This document shows positions 36,801 to 51,800 of a DNA stretch of 64,000 bases, one piece after another; the first letter of the stretch is position 1, and each line of letters starts with the position of its first letter. A program made the position numbers and the translations under genes. The notes under the pieces are model-generated. The model saw only the letters and a list, made by a program, of their open reading frames with translations. It was not told the origin of the DNA and searched no databases. Source of the DNA: Callorhinchus milii (lineage: Eukaryota); the NCBI RefSeq assembly GCF_018977255.1, contig NW_024704761.1:9734001-9798000 (forward strand), read 5' to 3'.

Positions 36801-39800
36801 TAATTCACTTTACAGTATATTTTGCGAAGCGCTTTGAGACGTCTCAAAGATGTGGTAAGGCGCTATATCAAATGGAAGGATTATTATTATTCCAGTGACT
36901 TCTTTCAAAGGTGTATATATGTGGATGTTGGGTGAGGACAGGACTGGGTTTGGGCATTGAAGTGAGGAATGAGGCACTTCCTTCAGGAAAGGAAGGGAGG
37001 AAAAAGGAAGGTGGTAGGAAATGCTGCCCTGTGGCAGGTTTCTGTGTGACTGGAATGGCCAACCAGTGATGGCAAAGGATCTCACACTCATGACTTTTCT
37101 GTGTTTGCAGAGAATCGAGGTCTGTAACGGCACAGCACGGACCAGGTCCCAAGGAGTGGCAGTGGGAATGGTGAGTAACTGTGAGGTTTCCTTGTGTACT
37201 GAGACCCCACCTCGTATACCAAGGCAGTGATGACTCATTGATGGTTCATTCTTTGACCCTTTTTCCATTACCACCAGGGTTCCACAGGAGCCTTGATGCC
37301 CCTGCTTCCCTGTCTCCAACTCATTTTGTTCCAATCACCACACTGATGTCATCTTCAACCATATCTACAATTCCTGATGATTCCACTCAAAACCTTAATC
37401 TCCTACATATGCTTTGAATGATCTAATGAAAATGTTCACTCTTTCAATTCTTCAAACTCTTCAGTTCTTCTTGCAAGTCTATCCAACAACTAGCCTCTTC
37501 CTTGTGATTGATCTACTCATAACCCTTCTTCATCTGTTAACAATCTTATTTTGTTCTCATCTCAAATTGAATTCCCAGCACCTTGGAACATGTTTCCGAT
37601 GTGAAAGGCGCTATAAAATGTAATTTGTTGTTCTTCTTGTTATGTTTGTTGAATTCCTTACCTCCTGTGTTTTTCTTTTATGTACATAATCCTGCCTCTT
37701 CTTTTGACCTTTCACCCAATTCCCCAATAAAATATGGTTTTATCACAACTATAATTACATTGCATGCAATTAAACTGCTCACTCACATTCTTAACATATC
37801 ACAACTGCTTATGTTTTTTTTTAAAATTGTTCCATAAAATGTTTTGACTCCACTTAACTAAATTAAAATCTGAAAATATTAGACAGTCAATAACAGATTT
37901 GAAAGGGAATTGAGAAGGAATTTCTTTATATGCAGAGGGTTGTGAGAATGCGGTACTCACTGCCAGAAGCTATTGGAAACATCAATTAATTTAAGAGGAA
38001 ACAATAACAACAACACAATTACATTTATAGAGCGCCTTTCACGTCGGGAGGACATTCCAAAGCGCTGAACAGTCAGGTGTTGGGGCCCGAGCATGGGGGA
38101 GGGGTGGGGTAGGGGTGAGGGAAGGCAGAGAGGTGGGAGGAAGACCAAAAGCAGGGTGGAAGAGAAGGGTCTTGAGACCGGCCTTGGAAGAGGCGAGGGA
38201 GAAAGTGAGGTGAAGGGATGGTGGGATGGAGTTCCAGAATGTGGGGGCAGAGAGGCTGAAAGCCCGGCCACCGATGGGTTAGGCGGGAAACATGGAGCAG
38301 GCCGGAGCCCGCTGAACGGAGGGAGTGAGCAGGTTGGTAGGGAGTCAGCAGGTCAGAGAGTTAGGAGGGGGCAAGGCCATGGATGGCCTTAAAGGTGAGG
38401 ACGAGGAACTTGAACTCAATCCTCTGGGGGATGGGGAGTCAGTGGAGTTGGGCGAGGGTGGGAGTGATGGGGTCACGGAGCCTGGTGCGTGAGAGTACAC
38501 GAGCTGCACACATGAGAAGAAGATAATAGAGGAGTATAAACAACAACAACAACTTGCATTTATATAGCGCCCCTCATGCTGGGTTAGAGTCCCAGAGTGC
38601 TTGACAGTGGGGGAGCACAACGCCGAGAGGGGAGATGACCATAGACCCAGTCAAATAGGAAGGTCTTCAGGCACAACCTGGGGAAGGAAGGGGTGAGGCT
38701 GAGAGAAGAAGAGTATTCATAGGAGAGAGGATTAGTTCGGCTGAATGGTCAATTTCTGTACTGTAGGTAAATTTATGTAATTTAGGACTTTTGGACATCA
38801 GAATGTGCAAATCCGTACAAAGATCATTACGGAATGTCTGTCAAGTCACATTTTCTAAATGTCAATCCTATCTCTCATGTTACTCCATCTTCCAGCAAAA
38901 TTAATCACGACACATTTCCTGTTGAAATTGGTAGTTTTGTTTACCTGCACTGCTTTCCTGGGCTAATATCGATATATTCAGTACTTTCTGAGTAAAGTAC
39001 TGAATAAATCTGTTCACATTTTTCCTTCTAACCTTAAGACCATAACCTCTTATTATGGACTTTTTGATATTGTTGAAGTCCAGCCCACGGGAGCTCTCTG
39101 GTATTGGAAAACTTTAATAAGGTCTCCACTTCTTTAATGTAACCATGATCTTCTTTGGATAACTTACCCAAGTGATTCGGTGCGAGTCTGGGCAGCAAGT
39201 GGAAGAGAGGAAATATTTGTAACAGGGTGCTGTAAAAATAACAAACACTTTCACCCACCCCAATGTTTATTACGTTACTCAGTCAGTGTCATCATGACAT
39301 AGCACATGCATGCACACCCTTATTAATTCATTGCCACTTATTATCTTCTCACTCATACTTATCTTTTTGTACACATCTTTGTAAACATACACTTAAGCAT
39401 CCACTGAGTAACCTCCCTCCTGATATATCTAGATTATTCACTAAACAAGTTCCCACACACATGCGCTTATTTGTTTGTTGTCCCCTCTTCCTGGTTTAAA
39501 CAAAACATGCAAAAACGTTGGTTCCAAAAATAGAAATGTTTTTGGAAAAACAATTTTATAATAGGAAAATTCTATATACAGAATAATTGAAGTGGGGGGT
39601 AAAAGTAATTTTTTTTTACCAATCAACGTCAGGTTAGCAGTTAATAAGCTGGCTTTATTCACCTCACATTATTCCCTTGGGTACTTTATTTTAGGGTGAA
39701 AATGCCATCATTGAAGTAAACTTCTCAGTTGAAGGAAGCTCACAGAATATTTCTCATGTTCCACTTCCTGTTGGACAAAGGTGGTGTTGTTAGTGCAGTG

Positions 39801-42800
39801 TGTGTCAGAAAAATTTGCCCTCAAATCCCTGTTTTTAGTGTCTGCAAGCCTGATTATACACTGGTCGCCCACAATTTATTACAAGTCACTGACCACAATG
39901 CCACCTTATACCTGTGCTGACCACTTCCCACTGACAGGCAGCCTTTTCAGGACCAGTCAATCGCAACGGGGCCCATTGTTCTCGTTCTGCTGGACTTGAA
40001 CCCCGTGTCTTTAAATGCACAAGCTTCACGTCACGTGGTGAACTCTCACTCATCTTCTTTTCTGTTCCTTTTGCAGGATGTTGGCTTGCTGGAGATCCCA
40101 GCTGAACTTTCTGCACTCTTACGGCTTGCTGAGGGTAAGTGTGTGTCAAAGAGAGAATGACAGTGTCTGTATGATTAGGTAAAGTTTAGTCCACTAGTGA
40201 CTGGTAGTGAAGTAGGTCAGTAAGTAGGTAATGAGGTCTAATATGCATTAATGGAGTATGACAAATATTATTTCTTTCTCCCTCCCTTCCTTCCCTCCCT
40301 CATCTCTCAAGCCTTTCTCTTTCCAAACACATCAAGTTGCCTCTTAAATCTATTTATATAGTCCCCATCAGTAGTCTATCCTGACAACCTAGTCCACAAT
40401 TTTAGTAGCCCAATATCAAAAAAAAGGCTGCTCCAATCTTTCTAAAGTTTAACTCATGTTCCTTGGTCTTAGAAACCTGCTCTATAATAATATCAACTTT
40501 GTTGTTTTCTTTTGAGTAAGTAATCTAAAAAGAGACTAAGGAAAACTTGATTGCACATACTCTGGTATGCCGGATGCCATGTGTGCAAAGATACAGGGGT
40601 AGAACTGTTGAATTCAATCTTTGTCAGTTTTCTGCAGTTCTTAAAAGAAACTTACAGAACACTGGCTTCAAAACTAAGGTTGTGTTTAACACTTTGTCAA
40701 ATTCCAGACACTGAAATGTTATATGAATAGAATAAATCCAGCTCCAGGTGAAATTTCTCCCCATAGATTGGTTGTGCAGGGTACGTGGATGTTGGAGGGT
40801 GCTGGATTGTGAGGTCCCAAGGTCTCCTTGCCCTAAGTGTTCGGAGTTCAAGATCCTGGTCCTCACCTACAAAGCCCTTCATGGCCTCGCCCCACCCTAC
40901 CTCTGTGACCTCCTAACCCCCTACCAACCCGCCCGCTCCCTCCGCTCAGCCAGCTCCGACCTGCTCCACGTCTTCCGACCCACCCGCCACACCATTGGCG
41001 GGAGAGCCTTCAGCCACTCTGGCCCCAACCTCTAGAACTCCAGCCCCCAATCACTCCGCCTCGCCCCCTCCTTAGCCTCCTTCAAGTCCCGCCTCAAAAC
41101 CCTCCTCTTCAACCATGCCATCAGTCAACCCCCTTTCTCTCCGCTCCCTTCTCCCCCCCTGACCCCAGCTCAGGTCTGAAATGCTGTACACTGTCCAGCA
41201 CCTTGGGATATCCTCCCAACGTGAAAGGCGCTATACAAGTGTAATCTTGTTGTTGTTGTTGTCATGGTAGGCATTTGATTGAGTGTATTCCAGGCGTGTT
41301 ACTATTACCCAGGTTTATAGCCATGTGACTGATAATTCCAGGTAACCACAGCCAGCTAAACCCTAGATTATGTAACGATGACAGCTCAGTCGTCAGTGAG
41401 GTGTGGGTGTGAGACCTGCATCATTAGGCTCAAGGAGATTGACTGATGAGGTAGCATCATCTTTGGTTTGATGGACTCCACCTACGCTGTCATTTCTATA
41501 ATTTTATGGCAGAGACAAGACTAATCCATTGTACTTCCCATGACTCCAATGTTTATAATTGTGAAACTGATTCCATTCCAACTTCAGTGCAAAATTTTCA
41601 GAATGTTCTACCGCTTGGTAAAGATTGGCTGTGTCTCATTGTAAGCATACTGACGATCTACTTTGCTATTCCACATTTGCCACGCATGTATTCAGTTACG
41701 GTTTTCTGTTATGAGAACTAATTTTCTTCAGTTGAATGTCTACAAGACCGACATTCTCCTGATTAGCTCCCATCAGCACCTCCTCACCTCAGGCACTGAC
41801 AGCATCACCATCCATGGTTGCTCACTCCACCTTGCTAAGCCAGTCTGGAACCTTGGGGTCTTGTTTGACTCTCAACTATCCTTTCTACCCCACATCTGCA
41901 CCATGACCCACTCTGCCTTCCCCCACCTCCGCAACATCGCCCGGCTCCGCCACTGTCTCACACTACTGGCCACAGAAATCCTCATACACACTTTCATTAC
42001 ATCGAGGCTCGACTATGCAAACTCATTGCTTATCGGCCTCCCCAATTCCTTTCTCCACAGGCTGCAGATCATTCAGAACTCTGCAGCCCGTGTTCTCTCC
42101 CGCACCAGGCTCCGTTACCCTATCACCACCATCCTTGCCCAACTCCACTGGCTTCCCATCATACAGAGGATACAGTTCAAGATCCTTGTCCTCAACTTCA
42201 AAGCCCTCCATGGCCTTACTTCCCCCCCACCTCTGCAACCTCCTAACCGCCTACCATCCTACTCGCTCCCTCCTCTCAGCAGGCTCCAGCCTGCTTCACG
42301 TCCCCCGCCTCACTCGCCCCACTATTGGAGGGTGGGCCTTCTGCCACTCTGCTCCACCCTCTGGAACTCCGTCCCACAGTCTCTCCGCCTCATCCCCTCC
42401 CTTGCCTCCTTCAAGACCCATCTCAAGATCCTACTCTTTGACCGTGCTTCGATCTCCCTGCTTCTGCCCCTGCCCTCCACCCTCCCCGACCCTGAACCCC
42501 AGCTCGGGTCCAAAACTCTGGCCAGCGCCTTGGGACATCCCCCTGACATAAAAGGTGTCATACAAATGTAATTTTGTCGTTGTTATGTGGCATTGCAGGC
42601 AGAGGAATGATGACTGTGTGCAATGCTATGATATCTTGCTTAATTGGAGTTCTGCTGGAAGGCTGATTCAGTGTGGCACTTAGCGATATTTATTAGACTG
42701 TAATTCTTGTACCTTATAGTATATACCTTCTTAAAAGGTCATTACTGATTTAGAGAACACATTCCGACAGTGAATGAATCCCAGATTGTAATTGAAACAT

Positions 42801-45800
42801 TATGAGTTTCAGGTTCCCCAGATAAATGCCATAAAATTATGGATAATCCTAGAGAATCTAGATGAACAGTAATAGAATATCAGGGAAACACCACAGAAAC
42901 TTGTAGAAATCAATACTCTGCCCTTTGGATGCTCTCCTGCTAGGGTGTGAATTGTTTAGCAAGTTTTGACTCAACATTTTCAGCTGCGGCAAAACAGAAA
43001 CCAGTCTCCGTAGGGGCTAAAATGTTCTACAGGATTTAATAGCCTTACCCAATTAGGCATTTGCAACACAAATACACAATACAGCTATTGAACAGTTTTA
43101 TAATTCATTTGCTCTCAGCAAGTATGCTTCACTAAGCCAGGGTCACCTCCAAAATCTACTCTGAATCAAATAAGACGTGAACCATTCTGCGCTGAAGGGG
43201 GCATTTGGCCCATCCTGTCTGTGCCACTGCAACCTGTTTTCTAAATCGTCCTTTTTTAAAATTAATTCTACTTTCAAACTCTCATACAATTTTTTTTAGG
43301 TTTTTATTGCCTGGGTGTCAATCCAGTTCCCTTCTGAATGATTCTAATTATCAAGCCCCAATGGCTCGATAATTGTTGTGGTAATTTATGTTGTTTAGGT
43401 GGTTTGTTTTCACTCTAAGTCTCCAGTTGTGTTAGCACCAGAGGAAGTGGAATACGAAGAGATGAACACTTCCTGAAAGTTCCTAGAATTCTAAAAGTTA
43501 CTGAAAACTGTTTGTTCAACGTTCTGTTTTTCATGTTGCAATAGTTTTAGAAATATGCCACACCCAGCCTGGAATGAGGTAAACGTTTATGAGACCTTGC
43601 AGAAATGTAATCACAATTAAGACTTTTATCTAAATTGATCAGACAATAATATCGTACTAAGTTCACACTAGCACCAATGAGATCACTATATCCAGTTGTG
43701 GTTATCATGCTTGGAAAATGTTTGGAATAACAGAAAAACAACAACTTGCATTTATTCACGTGAGGCAGTGTCTCATAGCACTGAGATACGATCATAAGAA
43801 ATGAAAAAGGACAAATTGATCTCATCTCAAATTGATGGAATGTCCATTTGTGGGTGGGTTCATGGAATATTTCATTGTTTCAAGAAGGTTGTTGGAAAAT
43901 GTATGTATGAGGGAGAGGAGAATTGCCAAAATGACTGTAATGTGTTAATGTGTTAATGGAAGTCTGTATTTCCGGAACGGAGGGAAATGGGTATATATAT
44001 ATTGGTGGTTACTGCTCCTCCGGCTACCCTACCCCATCACCGTAAAGCACTCCCAGATGCTATCCTACCAGAATGGTGCAATATAAATGCAAGTTGTTGT
44101 TGTATCAGCACTTAGAGGATTGTTCATAGAATATTCATATATTTGGTTGGCGGTTGATGTGTGTTCTACTTATAATGGGTCAGAAATATTAGCAATCATA
44201 CCAGTTATATTAGCAGTCATAACCATCAGCTATTCAGTTATTCATACAATGGAAGGAGAAATGTCAGAATGTCACATTGTCAACCTGATAGTTGCCCTAC
44301 TTGTATAGTTTGAAACTTGCAGATTTCCAATGCCACTGTTTTCAGCTGCGAAATACCAGTAAGCACTTGATCAAATCCTTATCAGAATTTCTCTTATCCT
44401 TTTCCAGGTCATGCCTCTGAAAACCAGGTTTCAGAAGTAAGCCCACCTCAAATCAAGGCATGCATCAATTACTCGCTTCCTCCGGATATCGACAGACATC
44501 CTTTCAGCAAGTTCATCAATGAACACTTTCAGGTCAGTGATACACACTCATAGCATGGGGGGAGGGGGAAGAGAGAATCGAGCGCTGAACCTAGTTCCAA
44601 AATGTCCGAGCACGGTGCCGGCAGCATTAACTCTGACACAGAAATTGTGTAAACCGACTGTGCTATTGGTGTACTAACATGCTAATAATAATAATAATCA
44701 TCACGTTTGGGCCCCATTAGCATTGACTGGTCCTGAAAAGGGTCCCTGTCAGTAAGAGGTGGTCAGCACAAGTACAGGTGGCATTGTAGTCAGTGACTTG
44801 TATAGGGCCTTTCACTTCAGGTGGATGTAACAAAGCGCTTCACAGGATATGCTGGAAAGTGTAGTGACTGTTTGTTTTCCGGATGAACATGGTGACCAAA
44901 ACTAAAAGCATGAGGTACAAATGTCATAAAGTGTTACAGGAATTACCTTTGGCAATGTAAGTGCTCTGAGAAGCTGTCCGGTTGTTTATCACCAGTAATG
45001 GTATCTCCTATTATAATTACACAGTGCCAAAGGTGCTGTGACATTTTTACTCCCAAAAAAATCACATCTGGGGAGAGATTAACAGTCAAAAAAACCAAAA
45101 TTTCCATGTATATGTGAAACTCTGTCTTAAGAATGATGATTGGTTTCTAATGTAGGAGAAATCTGGCTGATGAGAAACATATCACAAGAGAAATTCAAAT
45201 GAGGAAGCCTCTTTAGCCATTTAATCTCATGTTTCCAAACCCTTGCCCTTGATGACCATAAAACCATGATCTCTTGTATTGCTTCTTTGTTGTGTCAGCG
45301 AGTATTGATTTGAGTTTACTTTCTTTTTCTCGTTTAGCAATTTATATGCCTCTATATAAATTTCCCTCTGAACATTTGAAAGCTGAATAGCATTATATTA
45401 TTTAATTACTCCTGATATCATTCACTCTAACATTGTCTTCTTTCGCACTGACCATAGAACCTCAGGGTGTAGTGACCAGAACTATATTCAGGACTCCATA
45501 TGGAGATTGACTTGAAACTGCAAGGCTCACCTTTACGATATGTGACCTCATGATTGCATTATCTACACTTTAAAAATGTTAAAGTCCTTGAGATTTTTAC
45601 AACTATCATATAAATATTCCTGTAGATTACTGATCCATGAACAACTGTAAATGTCTATTCTAGGATTGAGGTCTGTGGAATGTATTATAAATGTTTCATA
45701 CATTCTCCTATCAAAAACTAAACAACACCCCTGCGAGTGAATAGATGTAATAAGCCAATCTTAAATTGATAACAATAAGTGGAGTTGGAAGTTCGAAATG

Positions 45801-48800
45801 ACCACAGTACAAAATCATCAAAGATTATTCTTAATAAATGGCAATCTCCAAATAAACTCTGGAAATGGGCAAAGGGAAGCACTTTAGAACTCCTTCCAAC
45901 AAACATACGTGACCTTCCCCACCATGGACTCCATCCACCCATTCAATTCCTGGGGAAAAGTTCCTTGAAGATACTTTCAGATTTCCAAAGGAAATCAGGA
46001 ACCCTCTCAACCACCTCTTCATAGAATCATAAATATTGAAACACAGAAGGAGGGCATTCGGCCCATCGTGCCTGTGCTGGCTCTTTGGAAGAATTACCCA
46101 ATCAGTTGAACTTCCCCGCTCTTTCCCCATATTCTTGCAAATTTTTCCCTTTCAAGTATCTATCTAATTCCTGTTTGAAAGTTGACTAAATGAATGAAGT
46201 GTGAAGGAATAGTTATTTTTTCCTGAATCTAAATGCAAAATATGAAGGGCATAACTTGTTTTGTTGCAGATTAATGTAAAGTCAACATCACCAGAGTGAT
46301 TTGCAACTGGCCATGAAAGGCAGGGGAGAGAGTTACACATTGAAGACTGTAATGGAACTTGCTGGTCTCAGCTGCTATACTTCCATTGATTCATTAAAGG
46401 TGTTCCCAGGCAACTAAACTTCTCACTTCTTCCTTTCTCTAGGTCCCTCAGTTTGAGGTACAAAAACAACCGATACAACAGCCCTTCACACAACTGGAGG
46501 GAGAAGAGAGACAACTGGCCTTAGACATCTTCAAACTGGTCAGTACTGATTCTGTGGCCTCCATCGCACATAGGAAATGATGACCTGGATGCTGGCATTT
46601 GTATTGCATTGTATCTGCATTGGAAGCTGGGCACACCATGTTTTCAGATAGTGCAGGTACAATAGTGCACAGTAGACCCACGCTATAAGCAAGGCTGCGC
46701 CATACTGGAGGGTATTGTACTGAAGATTCCCTGCAAATTGCTCTACATTCCCTCTTAACCAATGCCCATAATAATCAATCTATGCTCTTTCAATATCACT
46801 TACACAAGCGTGTGACCCCTTTATATCCCTTTATAAGTTTCGCCCACTAATATACAGTCAATTCACTTTACAGTATATTCTGTGAAGTGCTTTGGGACGT
46901 CTAGAAGATGTGAAAAGCACTATATCAAATGCAAGGATTATTATTAGGATTATTATTATATGTGTGTCGGTCATGTTGGCCCTTGTTGTACATATCTGTA
47001 CTCATTTTAACATCTTTTTAACCTTTCTGTTTGACAGATTCTTCGTTTTCAGGGAGACGAATGGCTTCAAGGAAGGAAGGAAGAAATATTCCTTGGGAAC
47101 TTTATTGCGCAGAAGGGCATATCATACCCCAAGCTGCGCAATGAGATCTTCTGCCAGCTGGCCAATCAGATGTGGAAGAACCCTGACATGCAGGAGTGGC
47201 AGCGAGCTTGCCTGCTGATGGCCACCTGCCTGAACAGTTTCCAGCCCTTCCCTGAGCTCGAAAAGCCTCTGCTCAAGTAAGCAACTCTCCCCATGGGACA
47301 TTCGCAACATCTTCTCCAATTGTCAATCTCAAATCGGCACTTTACCAGTTTCAGTCAATTTGCCGCTGTTCCTCACTTGAAACTGCCATTTCATCTCTTT
47401 TTGTGACATCCCAATTTGCCTCTTACTCTCTCTTCTCCAACTTCGAAAGAGACGTTTGCGCTGATGTTTGTGCCATTTGTGCCATGTTCCTTCCTGCCCG
47501 CAGATATGTGTCGGATCATGGCGTGGAAGGCTATAGGCCTTTGTGCCAGCACAAAGCCCTTGCGGCCCTGCAGCACAGCCAGAAGAGATCCTTTCCACCT
47601 TCCCAGCTGGAGTGGACAGCAAACCAGAGGCGAGGACAGATGGTGCTGGATGTGCACTTGTTTAATGGTATTTCCCCATCTCTTATCATTGCCTCGACTT
47701 TTATTCACTTGTTTTACAATTCACTTTATAGTGTTAGTCTGCATGCACTGCCCTTCAAGGCTGGTAGAAACAGATTCAGTAACAACTATCAAAAGGGTAT
47801 TAGATAGGTAATTGAAAAGGAAAAAATTGCAATGCTACAGGGAGAGAACGGGGGAGTGGGTCTGATTGGGTAGCTCTTCCAAAGAGCCGGCACGGGCACA
47901 ATGGGCCGAATGGTCTCCTTCTGTGCTGTAATATTCTATGTAGGCAACAATCTGTTTCCAAAGAAAAGTACTGTAATTATTGATGAGTACTTTGCATTGT
48001 ATTTGCGATTGTTGACTTTAAAAAATAACAGCAGACACGGTAAACTATAAATTTGAATCATTATGCTCAGGAAAGGATTCTTTTCTAGGGTTCTTAGCAA
48101 GCATGTAGTGGAGCTTGTTGCAATGTCCAATGATTTATTTCTGAAAACGCATCTTACGTTTGCTTTTACAAGCACAATATTTAATAATGATAAGATATTC
48201 TGAAAAGGATGTGTGGCTATTTTGTAGCATAACTTGGAGTATTCCCAGATTTTCTTCTGGCAGTCCTGTGTGAATAATAGTAATAATAATCACCATTGCA
48301 TTTGATATAGAGCCGTATCACTTCATTGAGACGTTTCAAAGCACTTCACAGAATATATCATAAAGAGGATTGACTGTGTATATTGTGGACGAAACGCGGG
48401 AGCCAATTGCGCACAGGAGATTTCACAGTGAGATTAAAATGTAACCCCTCACACAGAGAAGCCCCATCTTGTCCCATGGTACCCTCACCTTTTATACAGG
48501 ATACCCGAGCCTCCAATCCTCGTGGTGATTTCCCTCTGACTCAACATTTCAAATAACATCTTAAATCTACTTTTCCAGATGAAGCTGTGGTCACGGAGGT
48601 GGAGTCATGGACAACTGCTGAAGAGCTGGCCAGCTGGATCTTCAAGTTCTGGTATGTAACAGATACACTTGTGAAACAAATGTCTTTCATAAAATAATAT
48701 AAGTTGCTTTGCATGTACCTGAGTGGTCAACCTCTCACTGATTACCACAGGGGCCAGGAGACTGAACAGAAAGGCTGGTCAATGTCCCTGCACACTGGTG

Positions 48801-51800
48801 AGCAATGGCGAGATGTTCCCGGCTCTGACTTCATAATGGATCTTATTGCTGAGACTGAAATGCTTGGCGTATTCTCAGCCCAGAACTCCAGCTCCCCATT
48901 CAACACAGGGATGAGTGGGAATATTTACGGATCTACGTACAGCTCTGAAAACATCTACTCGTGAGTAACTCGATGCAGTCTGCGAATCATCACATTATTT
49001 AAAGGCTGTCAAATAGGGTCAGTCACTTAGCAGTAGAAGAAGCACTTTGACAGTCAAAATTGCTGTGTTACTGGCTCCTCCAAGATGACCTTAGTTCAGA
49101 GACAAGGTCTTATGGGTTGGTGCAACATATACATGTTTCTCAGTTCACATTGTGAGGACATGAGGTGCTTAAAGGAAAACTCTAGAATAGTCTCTGAGTC
49201 TCTTTAAGGGAGGATTGGAGGGAAAATGATCGAGGTCGAAAAAATTGGCAAATATAAAGAATATATACAGCCTCTTACCATCTGCTATCCTTATCTACGT
49301 TATACAATGCAAAGTACTCATGGCTCAATACTCAGTGTGGAACCTGAGCTCCTGCATAGTAACATCAATGCACAGAGTGTGATTGAGCCATTTGAGATCA
49401 GGATTTGATACCTGGGTTTATCCAGTTGGATGAACTTCTAGTCAGTACTAAGTGTTTGACCAACTTGGTGCAGTAAATCCAGGAGAGGGAACCCAGTTCC
49501 CACACAGGTTTTGAGCTTAATGGAACCTTTGTCACATTTGAATTGCTGAGAGATTTCAACAACTCAATTTCTCTTCGTATTTCATCCAGGGCAACATCTG
49601 AGGATTCTGAGACAATAATTCCTCCAGCACCCAACATCCAGGCACCTCCTCTACCTCCGCCATTGATACCCCAGGAAAATGCTTCTGCTGGTTATTATCA
49701 GTCCCAGTTTGGGGGTAAGTGACTCAGTGCACATGTCTACAGAAAGTAAGAGAAAGGAAGGAAGGAAGAAAGGAAAGAAGGAAATACAATTTCAATGGAA
49801 CTGGTTTTATCACAGGAATGGATGAATTCTCAGGAGAATTGCCTTTGGTATCAGGCAGTTTTATGGAGATGTATTGATACTGTTGGAAGTTGGAGTTTAT
49901 AATTGAGTTTGTGGAAGGAGAAGGCTTTTTTNCTCTTCCAGCAATGTTTTATGGAACTTAAAAAGAACAATAAGAACAACTCAAATTGGTTAGAGATATC
50001 AATGTTTACGTAACACCTTTATGGGGAAACTTGCTGAACTGTTAGTTTTCATCTTCTGGCTTTTCTCCACAGCTCCTGATTATAGCGAAAGACCAACACC
50101 AGGCTTAGAAAACTATGTGGACAATCTGTTCAATCCAGTGTTTACCTTTGGAGGAGGGGTGAGTGTGTGTGTTAATTGTGCTGTTTGTTACTGACCAGTA
50201 ATCTGTAAATGTTTCATTGGTTGTAGTACGGAGTTATTGCATCAGTTATTCTTCAAACTGTTCAGTCTTGATGTAATTTTTCCAATGGTCCTTGTAGGAA
50301 ATGGAGCGATCAGCAGATCTAAATCGACGGATGAAAGGAGGTGGAGGAATAGGCCCAACACAGACAGGAGTCTACATGAGTCCAGGTCAATGATCTGTTA
50401 AGTGTGAGCTGTAGTGTGCAGGGTGAGCTGAGTGTATGCTGGAGTGTATACACAGCTTGGGCTGAGTGTGCTATGTGCTGACTGAGTAGAACGTCATCCT
50501 GACGTGAAAGGCGCTATACAGATCTAATTTGTTGTTGTTGAGTGTGAGGTGTGGTGTGCAGGGTGTGTTTAGTGTGAGCTGTGGTGTACAGCGTGGGCTG
50601 AGTGTGATCTCTGGTGTGAAGCATAACTGAATGTAAGTTGAATTGTCACATTTGCAGTTTCTGTTTAAACTTTCTGGAAGCACTCGGAACAAAGCACAGT
50701 TGATAGACAATGAATGAAGTGTAATGGTGGGAATTTGGGGCAGGTGTTGATAGACACTTTGTGACGTGGCAGCTGCTCATTGCATTTTCTTTATCTGCAG
50801 GTATGCCGCTGATTCCCAGCTACCCTATGGGTATGTATAGCGTCTAAGATCAAGTTTAGATTCCTCACTTTGTGCAAATCACTTTCAGTCTTTAAACTTT
50901 TCGTCACCTTCTCTCTTGCTTGCATGTTCCAGGGATGCCCCAAATGCCCCAGATGTCTGTTGCACCAAATTACCAACAAATGCCTTACATGGGGGCAGGT
51001 GTTCCTGCAGCCATGCCAGTGATGCAGCCAATGCAACAAATGCCAACAATGCAGCCAATGCAAACTATGCCAACCATGCCTATGATGCACCCATCTATGC
51101 CAGGTAAGCGTGAGCGTTAGCATACCCTTAGGCCCTTTCCAGGATGTCTGTGAATCAAAAGTTTTCAGGTGTTAGGCTGTCTCAGTCGATAACATTCTGA
51201 TATCTGAGTCAGAAAATTGGGAGTTCAATTACTTTGCTACAATATCAGAGGTGCAGTGCTTTGAATGAAATGTTAAACCCAGACCTTGCTTGCCTGTTCA
51301 GATAGACATTAAAGATCCAATGGCACTTTGAAAAGGGAAGCGATTTTCTTCTGATTGTCTGGCAACAGCCTTCCCCCACCCACCATTATATTAAAAAAAA
51401 GTTTTGCTTTTGTGGGACATTGCTGTGTGAATATGCAATCACTGTTTGTTACAGAAAATCTTTGAGGCATTTTGAGACATTTCAACATGATAAGGCGCTA
51501 AATCAAATGCAGGGATTATTATTACTACAACATTCAAGTTGTAGTCAAGTCAAGTTGCAGAGTAACAGTGACCCACATGTTAGCCTCACTGTGCAATAGT
51601 TTGCAATGGATTGAATTATAAGCCTCTGACTGTAAGGACTTTCTCTGCAGCGATGATGATGCCACAAGCCTCCAGCATGCCTGAGATGCTGCCTATGCAC
51701 CAGCCAAGTCGTTACTCAAGATCTCACTTTTCACAACAGGAACAGACAGCAAAACAGCAGCAGGAATTCATCAACCAGCAGGCACTTCTACTGGTGAGTG

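Noticed and set aside
41663-42571. 302-aa ORF as a nested host gene
   Set aside because: It is an L2 ORF2 C-terminal fragment that shifts frame near its end and is followed by the L2 tail.
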